NCBI GenBank assembly: GCA_964519725.1
Contig: CAZFKS010000006.1
Span: 355 to 64,354 of the forward strand
Direction of reading: 5' to 3'
From: an uncultured Gammaproteobacteria bacterium
GTDB taxonomy: Bacteria; Patescibacteriota; Patescibacteriia; Magasanikbacterales; UBA922
Length of the DNA stretch: 64,000 nt
Numbering within the stretch: position 1 is the first letter of the stretch; each line of letters begins with the position of its first letter. The notes beneath the pieces are model-generated. The model had not been told where the DNA came from. It searched no databases and saw nothing but the letters and a program-made list of their open reading frames with translations. A program made the position numbers and the translations under genes. Below are positions 57,463 through 64,000 of the stretch, one piece after another.

Positions 57463-58094
57463 CTCAACCAATTGTTGTAATCATTGATTATGGCGTGGGA
57501 AATTTGCACAGCTTAGCGCGCGCGTTCCGGGCGGTTGGAGCAAACCCAATTATTTCCAGTGATCCTGAAATGATTAAAACCGCCCCTCGGTTAGTTTTGC
57601 CTGGTGTAGGTGCGTTTGCGGCTGGCATGCACGGGCTTCAGGAACGCGGCCTAGAAGCCGCAGTCTTAGCGGCCGCAGCTAGAAACATCCCAATTTTAGG
57701 GATTTGTTTAGGGGCGCAGCTACTTTTGACTGAAGGCCATGAATTTGGTATTTTTAAAGGGTTAAATTTGATTCCTGGTACAGTGGAACGTTTCCCTGAT
57801 TTGCCAGAAAAAGAGAAAATTCCTCATATGGGTTGGAATCAAATTACCCCAGCCTCAGGTAAGGAATGGTCAGACACTATTTTATCAGGCACAGAAGGAA
57901 AAGAAACGTATTTTCTCCATTCTTATATTTTGCGCCCGACAGACAAACAAGATTGTTTGTCAGAAACAACGTATGGTGGCTACACTTTTTGTTCAGTGGT
58001 TAAAAAAAATAACATTACTGGTTGTCAGTTTCATCCAGAAAAAAGTGGTGAAGTTGGTTTAGAAATTATTAGAAATTTTTCCAAGAGCGTATGA
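57459..58094 (+). CDS. HisH-like glutamine amidotransferase subunit (WbuY-type)
   Basis: IVVIIDYGVGNLHSLARAF...LVLPGVGAF...CLGAQ...QFHPEKS is a class I GATase triad. ATGA overlap. Confidence 0.8.
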   Translation: MTQPIVVIIDYGVGNLHSLARAFRAVGANPIISSDPEMIKTAPRLVLPGVGAFAAGMHGLQERGLEAAVLAAAARNIPILGICLGAQLLLTEGHEFGIFKGLNLIPGTVERFPDLPEKEKIPHMGWNQITPASGKEWSDTILSGTEGKETYFLHSYILRPTDKQDCLSETTYGGYTFCSVVKKNNITGCQFHPEKSGEVGLEIIRNFSKSV

Positions 58095-59278
58095 GTTTAA
58101 ATACTCTGGATAAGCAATTAAGTGAACAGCAAGCTGAAGTTTTTTATTGCACTAAATGTGTAGTTTCTAACCAACGCCCGCGGGTAACTTTTGATGAAAA
58201 TGGAGTGTGTGCCGCGTGTCAGTACGCTGAGATTAAACATCAGCGCATTGATTGGGCTGCTCGCGAAGCTGAACTAAAAGTTTTACTGGATAAACACCGT
58301 TCGACTGACGGTAGTTTTGATGTTGTAGTGCCTGGTAGTGGTGGCAAAGACAGCGCGTACGTAGCTCATCTTTTAAAGACTGAATATGGAATGCACCCGC
58401 TCGTTGTGACCTGGGCTCCATTTATTTACACTGAGATTGGGTGGAAGAATTTTCAAAATTTTATCCAAGCTGGTTTTACTGATTTAAATTGTTTTCCTGA
58501 CGCGACTATTCACCGCAAATTAGCCCGGATTGCCTTTGAATTAAAAGGTGATGCTTGGGAACCATTTGGCTATGGTCAAAAATCTTACGCTTTTCACATT
58601 GCCACCAAATTTAAAATTCCACTTATTTTTTACGGAGAAAATGGAGAAGCAGAATATGGCGGGTCACTGCAAAATGCTTATAAACCCTACGAATCAGTGG
58701 AAGATTGGGAGCGTTTATATTACAAAGGTTCGGGGGTTGACGCTTTGGCTGAAGCAGGTCTTGAAATGGGAATTTTTAAACCAGGCGAAATTGAGCCACA
58801 CACGTTAGATTTGTACAAAGCTCCACCTCTTGAAGAAATCAATAAACTGGGTATCCAGATGCACTGGATGTCATATTACCGCAAGTGGGTGCCACAGGAA
58901 AATTTTTACTACGCGCAAAAAAATACTGGTTTTACTACTAATGAAGATGGTCGTTCAGAAGGTACGTATTCTAAATATGCTAGTCTGGATGATAAAACTG
59001 ATGGTTTTCATTTTTATCTTGGTTTTATTAAGTTTGGTTTAGGACGAGCCACTCGCGACGCCATGATGGAAATTCGGTCTGGGCATATTACCCGTGAAGA
59101 AGCCGTGGCTCTAGTTCGCCGGTATGATGGCGAATTTCCAAAAAAATATTTTAAAGAATTTTTAGAATACTTGAATATTACTGAAGAAAAATTTTGGGAA
59201 GTGGTTGATCGCTACCGTGCGCCACATCTTTGGGAAAAAGTTAATGGTGAGTGGAAATTAAAATATCAAGTTGAATAA
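58091..59278 (+). CDS. N-acetyl-sugar amidotransferase (WbuX/PseA/LegAm-type, PP-loop)
   Basis: FYCTKCVVSNQRPRVTFDENGVCAACQY is a Zn-ribbon. VVVPGSGGKDSAYVAHLL is a PP-loop. ATGA overlap. Confidence 0.75.
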   Translation: MSLNTLDKQLSEQQAEVFYCTKCVVSNQRPRVTFDENGVCAACQYAEIKHQRIDWAAREAELKVLLDKHRSTDGSFDVVVPGSGGKDSAYVAHLLKTEYGMHPLVVTWAPFIYTEIGWKNFQNFIQAGFTDLNCFPDATIHRKLARIAFELKGDAWEPFGYGQKSYAFHIATKFKIPLIFYGENGEAEYGGSLQNAYKPYESVEDWERLYYKGSGVDALAEAGLEMGIFKPGEIEPHTLDLYKAPPLEEINKLGIQMHWMSYYRKWVPQENFYYAQKNTGFTTNEDGRSEGTYSKYASLDDKTDGFHFYLGFIKFGLGRATRDAMMEIRSGHITREEAVALVRRYDGEFPKKYFKEFLEYLNITEEKFWEVVDRYRAPHLWEKVNGEWKLKYQVE

Positions 59279-59279
59279 T

Positions 59280-60020
59280 ATGTCTAAACCCGAGGTGCTG
59301 GCGATTATTCCGGCGAGACTTGGCTCTAAACGAATCCCGCTAAAAAATATTAAAAATTTTTTAGGTAAGCCTTTATTGGCTTACACCATTGAGCAGGCCC
59401 GGAAAACTCCGTTTATTACCCGGGTCATTGTTGATACTGACTCACCAAAAATTGCGGCCATCGCCAAAAAATATGGGGCAGAAGTCCCATTCTTGCGTCC
59501 TGCTCACTTAGCGACTGATACAGCCAAAGTGTATGATAGTTTTGAACATGCCCTGCACAAATTAAAAAAAGATGAAGGGTACACCCCTGATTACCTGGTG
59601 ATTTTGCAAACCACCTCACCACTTCGTGAATTAAAAGACATTACCGCGTGCTGGGAGATGATCCAAAAAACCAAGGCCACCACTGTGCTCACCGTTTGTC
59701 CGACTCACCCACGGTTGTATCACTTAAGCAAAACTAATGATATTGAGCTGGTTAATGGGACTGAGAAATTGTCTACTAATATGCAGGCCTGGCCAGCTGG
59801 ATACCTACTCAATGGCTGTTTTGTGTACATTGTTAAAACCAAAGTTTTACTCAAAGAAAAAGTAATTATTACCAAAAAAACCAAAGCTGTGGTTTGTCCC
59901 AAGTGGCGCTCAGTGGATTTAGATACGCCAGAAGAGTGGGTGATGGCTGAAGTGCTTTATAAAAATCAAGCAAAAATTAAAGCCCAATTGAAAAAAATGG
60001 GCGCCACTGATTCTTTATGA
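59280..60020 (+). CDS. CMP-nonulosonic acid synthetase (acylneuraminate cytidylyltransferase family)
   Basis: The ATG at 59280 gives VLAIIPARLGSKRIPLKNIKNFLGKPLLAYTIEQA...VIVDTDS...FLRPAHLATD. The track start is a TTG at 59271. Confidence 0.85.
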   Translation: MSKPEVLAIIPARLGSKRIPLKNIKNFLGKPLLAYTIEQARKTPFITRVIVDTDSPKIAAIAKKYGAEVPFLRPAHLATDTAKVYDSFEHALHKLKKDEGYTPDYLVILQTTSPLRELKDITACWEMIQKTKATTVLTVCPTHPRLYHLSKTNDIELVNGTEKLSTNMQAWPAGYLLNGCFVYIVKTKVLLKEKVIITKKTKAVVCPKWRSVDLDTPEEWVMAEVLYKNQAKIKAQLKKMGATDSL

Positions 60021-60952
60021 TTGGTTTAATTGGGTTTGGGTCAATTGGTGAAAGGCACTACCAAAATTTAATTGCGGCTGGTGAAAAGGTCGTGGTTTTT
60101 TCGGCACGTAATGATTTATCAAATATTACCGCCACTAATAAGTGGACCGAATTTCAGAAACTTGGTCCATACCAAGCCGTTTTTATTTGCAATGAAACAG
60201 CCAAACATTTGCAGACTATTAAAAAAGTAATGGCCCTTAAACCCCAGGCAATTTTTATTGAAAAACCGCTCAGTCATAACTCAGTTGGTTTACGTAATTT
60301 AGCCAAAGAATTGCAAAAACAAAAGATTAGTTTATGGGTGGGTTATAATATGCATTTTTTGCGCCCGCTCATGCGCATTAAAGAAATTATTACTAGTAAA
60401 AAAATTGGAAAAGTTTTGTATTTGCGCGCTGCTGTAGGACAAGATTTGCGTGAGTGGCGCAAACGTGATTATAAACAAATTTACTCAGCCAAGAAAAAAG
60501 GCGGTGGTGGTGTGCTACTGGATTTAGTGCATGATTTAAATTACCCAGCCTGGTTACTTGGTGAAACGTTAATTCCTAAAGCCGCCCTGGTCAGAAAATC
60601 TTCCTCATTAGCAATTGATGTTGAAGATTCAGCTGATAGTTTACTCGCCACCAAAAGCGGCACCATTGTTTCTGTACACCAAGATTATTGTCGCGTGCCA
60701 GGTAAGCGCACTCTGGAAGTTCAGGGCGAAAAGGGGAGTATAGAGTGGGATTCGCTCACTAATTCAGTGATTATCGCCACCAAAGATAAACGAATTGAAG
60801 AAAAATTTAATTTAGATCGTAACGAAATGTACACGGCTGAGTTGGCCTTTTTCCTTAAACAATTGCGCGGTAAAAAATATTTCTCTAATCTGGCTGAAGC
60901 TGTTACAGACGTAATCAATATTGAAAAAATCAAACAGTATGGAAAGAAATAA
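60017..60952 (+). CDS. Gfo/Idh/MocA-family NAD(P)-dependent oxidoreductase
   Basis: MIGLIGFGSIGERHYQNL...IFIEKPLS. Confidence 0.7.
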   Translation: MIGLIGFGSIGERHYQNLIAAGEKVVVFSARNDLSNITATNKWTEFQKLGPYQAVFICNETAKHLQTIKKVMALKPQAIFIEKPLSHNSVGLRNLAKELQKQKISLWVGYNMHFLRPLMRIKEIITSKKIGKVLYLRAAVGQDLREWRKRDYKQIYSAKKKGGGGVLLDLVHDLNYPAWLLGETLIPKAALVRKSSSLAIDVEDSADSLLATKSGTIVSVHQDYCRVPGKRTLEVQGEKGSIEWDSLTNSVIIATKDKRIEEKFNLDRNEMYTAELAFFLKQLRGKKYFSNLAEAVTDVINIEKIKQYGKK

Positions 60953-61940
60953 ATTTAGTTTTTTACAGGTTGGCCTGGGGTCAATGGGTAAGCGCCGGAT
61001 TCGTAACTTACTTTTTCATGGTATCCCTAAAGAGCAAATTTTTGGTTTTGATCCAAGTCCAGAAAGAGCGGCTGAAGTCACGGAAAAATACGGGGTGCAA
61101 ACATTCACCGATTTAGCTGAAGCTGAAAAACAAAATCCCGCTGTCTATGTAATTTCTACCCCACCAAACCGACATTTAGAATATTGTTTGCGCGCGGCTG
61201 AGCAGAAAAAACATTTTTTTGTGGAAGTCGGGGTCGATGATCAGGGTTATGATAAACTGGCCAGCCTATTAGATAATTCATTTGTCGCTGCGCCATCCTG
61301 CACGTTTCGGTATTTGCCACCAGTAAAAAAAATTACTGAATTAGTGGCTGAGGAAAAAATTGGTAAAGTATTAACTTTTACCTATCATTTGGGGCAGTAT
61401 TTACCAGATTGGCACCCTTGGGAAGATTACCGTAAAGTATATTTTGCGCAAAAAGAAACCAGTGCTTGCCGTGAAATGTTTGTGTTTGAGTTGATTTGGT
61501 TAACTAAGGTTTTAGGTACTCAGATTAAAAAAGTGTACGGCGGTTTTACTGGACGCATTTCTGAATTAGAAATGACGGCTGATGATTTATCAGCCTCTGT
61601 GCTAGGTTTTGAAAATGGAGTGGTTGGGTCAATGGTAATTGAAGTTTTAGCGCGCACACCATTCCGCACTCTTCGCCTCATTGGTACTGAAGGGGTTTTA
61701 GAGTGGGAATGGAAAGCCAATCAAATTCGAATTTTCGAAAAGAAAACTGAAGCCTGGGAAACGATTTCTTTGGTTGAGGGTAAAAAGGAAGCAGGTTATG
61801 TGACCACTGAAGACATGTATGAGGAAGAAATGAATGTCTTTTTGAGTGCGTTAGAAGGTAAGGCACCATATCCATATACCTTTACTGAAGACCAAAAAAT
61901 AATTCAAGCCCTGCGTGCGCTTGAAAAACCATACCTTTAA
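60938..61940 (+). CDS. Gfo/Idh/MocA-like oxidoreductase (second copy)
   Basis: The ATG at 60938 gives FLQVGLGSMGKRRIRNL...VYVISTPPNRHLEY. The track start is a TTG at 60921. Confidence 0.55.
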
Positions 61941-61941
61941 T

Positions 61942-62997
61942 ATGAACACTCTTGTCGTCGGCCACAAAAAAATCGGTCCACCTGAACCAGTGTTTATTAT
62001 TGCTGAGGCTGGGGTAAATCATAATGGTGATTTGGAACTGGCGAAAAAATTAATTGCTGTGGCGGCTGAAGCTGGAGCTGACGCAGTTAAATTTCAAACA
62101 TTTAGTGCTGAAAATCTAGTCACTGGCACGGCTGACCAAGCCGAATATCAACGTAAAAATATTGGCAAAACTGAATCGCAGTTTGAGATGTTAAAGCGTC
62201 TTGAACTACCGAAAGCGTGGCACAGTGAGTTGCAAACTTATGCAACAGAAAAGAATATATTATTTTTGTCAACACCGTTTTCTGAACCAGACGCTGATTT
62301 TTTGGAAACTTTAAATTTACCAGCTTATAAAATCCCATCTGGTGAAATAAATAATCTGCCCTATTTGCACCACATTGCGAAAAAAAATCGGCCCATGATT
62401 ATCTCGACTGGTATGTCAACCTTGGCCGAAGTAAAAACCGCGGTTAAAACAGTACAAGCAGCTGGTAATAATGAAATTATTATTTTACATAGTACTTCTA
62501 ATTATCCACCTAGTTTGGCTAGTTTAAATTTGTTGGCTATTAGCACACTTCAAGCTGAATTCCCTGATTGTTTAGTTGGTTATTCAGATAATGGTGCGCC
62601 GGGTGTGGCCCCAGAAATTATCGCCACCACCCTGGGTGCTTGCGTGATTGAAAAACATTTTACTCTGGACAAAACCATGGCTGGTCCAGACCACCTGGCT
62701 TCTTTGGGCCCCACTGAACTTAAAGAAATGGTACAAGCAATTCGTCAGACAACTACGATGCTGGGTAATGGTGTTAAGGAATGTCAGCCAGAAGAAATTT
62801 CAATCAAAGCCATGGCACGGAAAAGTTTGATTAGTAAACATGAAATTTCTGCTGGTCAGGTGCTTACTCTTAATGATATTATTATAAAGCGTCCGGGTAA
62901 TGGCATTCCACCAACAGAGCTGGAACGGGTGATTGGAAAAAAAACTAACACCATTATTCCGGCTGATACAGTGATTACTTGGGAACAACTAGTATGA
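61942..62997 (+). CDS. nonulosonic acid synthase (NeuB/LegI/PseI family, with SAF domain)
   Basis: The ATG at 61942 gives FIIAEAGVNHNGDLELAKKLIAVAAEAGADAVKFQTF. The C-terminus has the SAF-like LISKHEISAGQVLT. The track start is a GTG at 61915. Confidence 0.85.
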   Translation: MNTLVVGHKKIGPPEPVFIIAEAGVNHNGDLELAKKLIAVAAEAGADAVKFQTFSAENLVTGTADQAEYQRKNIGKTESQFEMLKRLELPKAWHSELQTYATEKNILFLSTPFSEPDADFLETLNLPAYKIPSGEINNLPYLHHIAKKNRPMIISTGMSTLAEVKTAVKTVQAAGNNEIIILHSTSNYPPSLASLNLLAISTLQAEFPDCLVGYSDNGAPGVAPEIIATTLGACVIEKHFTLDKTMAGPDHLASLGPTELKEMVQAIRQTTTMLGNGVKECQPEEISIKAMARKSLISKHEISAGQVLTLNDIIIKRPGNGIPPTELERVIGKKTNTIIPADTVITWEQLV

Positions 62998-64000
62998 GTT
63001 TAAAACGAGCCACAATTTTAGTAGTGACTGGTACTCGGGCTGAGTATGGTCTTTTTAGCTCTACGTTTGCAGAGTTGAAAAAGAGTAAGGTTCTAAATTA
63101 CCGCGTTTTAGTGACCGGTAGTCACACCTTGCGGCGTTATGGCAATACAATTCAAGAAATTCGCAAAGATAAAGAGCGAATTGATGCGATTGTTCCAGTG
63201 CGTGAGTTCGACACTATGGTTGAGTGTTTGGCGACTGAGATGATTGGGATTGAAAAATATTTAGTAAAAAATAAGCCAGAGCTTGTTTTGGTACTGGGTG
63301 ATCGGGATGAACCTTTGGCTGCGGCACTAGCCGCGGCTCACCACGGTATCCCAGTCGTTCATGTGCATGGTGGTGATGTTACGGCCGGTGTGGTTGATGA
63401 TGCGATTAGAGCCATGCTCACCAAAATTGCTAGTCTACACTTTGCTATTTCACCACGCAGTGCGAATAATATTTTTACTTTGGGTGAAGAAAAATGGCGC
63501 ATTCATGTGGTTGGCGCCCCAGGTCTAGATGCGCTCCGCACCATGAAATTTCCCAATCGTACTGCTTTAGCCAAACAGTATGGTCTTGATCCGAAGAAGC
63601 CTTGGTATTTAGTGCTGCAGCACCCAACCCCACTTGACTCTCTGTCCGCAGACAAACAAATTAAACCTATTTTAGACGTGATGCAAAAAATTGAGGGAGA
63701 AAAAATTGCTATTTTTCCTAACACTGACACTGGTTCTCGTACCATTATTAGCGCGCTTAGTAAACTTAAGAAAAAATCTGATTGGCATTTGTTTCCTAAT
63801 TTGCCGCGCCAAACTTACTTAAGTTTCCTTAAATATTCCGCAGCTTTGGTTGGTAACTCAAGTTCAGGTATTATTGAGTCAACATTTTTCAAAATTCCAG
63901 TGATTAATATTGGGAATCGTCAGCGCGGCCGCGAATGTGGGGCCAATGTTTTGCACGTTGGTTACTCGGCAACAGAAATTAGAACTGCGTTAGCCAAAAT
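62994..64000 (+). CDS. UDP-N-acetylglucosamine 2-epimerase (hydrolysing; NeuC/LegG-like), 3' end outside the window
   Basis: ATGA overlap. ILVVTGTRAEYGL...VLVLGDRDEPLAAALAAAHHGIPVVHVHGGD. No in-frame stop before 64000. Confidence 0.8.
   Translation, partial: MSLKRATILVVTGTRAEYGLFSSTFAELKKSKVLNYRVLVTGSHTLRRYGNTIQEIRKDKERIDAIVPVREFDTMVECLATEMIGIEKYLVKNKPELVLVLGDRDEPLAAALAAAHHGIPVVHVHGGDVTAGVVDDAIRAMLTKIASLHFAISPRSANNIFTLGEEKWRIHVVGAPGLDALRTMKFPNRTALAKQYGLDPKKPWYLVLQHPTPLDSLSADKQIKPILDVMQKIEGEKIAIFPNTDTGSRTIISALSKLKKKSDWHLFPNLPRQTYLSFLKYSAALVGNSSSGIIESTFFKIPVINIGNRQRGRECGANVLHVGYSATEIRTALAK

Noticed and set aside
25800-60937. ORF-track starts at 25800, 32550, 35781, 37986, 38728, 54357, 54932, 55701, 59271, 60921 and 61915
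   Set aside because: Several are TTG/GTG or upstream ATGs that create long overlaps with the preceding gene. In each case an ATG lies within a few nt of the preceding stop and begins the conserved N-terminal motif. Those ATGs were used.
1-64000. CRISPR arrays, rRNA genes, transposases/integrases, prophage genes
   Set aside because: I looked for regularly spaced direct repeats, IS-like terminal inverted repeats with transposase ORFs, and phage-like genes. None were seen. All sizeable ORFs have other assignments.
1-64000. Alternative genetic code (UGA recoding, as in some candidate phyla)
   Set aside because: TGA is used repeatedly as the stop in ATGA start/stop overlaps. Conserved proteins such as Gmd, AsnB, NeuB and CysC end at TGA/TAA/TAG at the expected lengths. 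The standard bacterial code fits.

Overview
This AT-rich (~40% GC by eye), very gene-dense bacterial window has standard TGA stops and many ATGA start/stop overlaps. That density is reminiscent of reduced-genome uncultivated lineages, but the taxon is inference only. The window breaks into four parts.

(1) Minus strand, 1-5865: a truncated GT4 glycosyltransferase, two large hypothetical proteins co-operonic with a sensor histidine kinase, and an OmpR-type response regulator with its own terminator.

(2) 6023-8032: a GC-rich (~55-60% by eye) gene for a secreted, acidic protein. It has at least 11 tandem cysteine-rich modules (approximate pattern C-D-D-x-N-x-C-T-x-D-x-C-x-P-x-x-G-C), bracketed by thrombospondin-type-3-like Asp-rich Ca-binding motifs. 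A tRNA-like gene with flanking hairpins sits next to it.

(3) 8610-19779: a surface protein, an HTH protein, an ECF sigma factor with a membrane anti-sigma-like partner, and a 1257-aa S/T/G-rich secreted S-layer-like protein with a strong terminator. These are followed by a TPR protein and a Wzy_C-type ligase (O-antigen-ligase/PglL-like) with a TPR tail.

(4) 19773 to the window end: a glycan-assembly island of about 44 kb, almost all on the plus strand. It holds at least nine GT4 and four GT2 (polyprenyl-phosphate-sugar-synthase-like) enzymes and three GT-C membrane transferases. It also holds UDP-glucuronate decarboxylase with an odd C-terminal extension, AsnB, three SAM methyltransferases plus an FkbM-like one, an MBOAT with an SGNH partner, and Gmd with a DegT aminotransferase and a cupin. 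Three distinct modules sit inside it:
- a KpsS/KpsC-like enzyme;
- a PAPS/sulfation module: a pyruvate-kinase-like domain fused to ATP sulfurylase, a CPA transporter, APS kinase, CysQ and a putative sulfotransferase;
- a nonulosonic-acid module: HisF/HisH/WbuX-type amidotransferase trio, CMP-NulO synthetase, two oxidoreductases, NeuB-like synthase, and a NeuC-like 2-epimerase cut by the window end.

Most interesting is the hypothesis that this island builds a sulfated, methylated/acetylated, acetamidino-nonulosonate-capped glycan. The target could be the adjacent S-layer-like protein, via the Wzy_C/TPR enzyme and the GT-C transferases. The PK::ATP-sulfurylase fusion and the GC-anomalous Cys-repeat gene are also worth a second look. 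All protein calls rest on motif recognition by eye. No searches were run.
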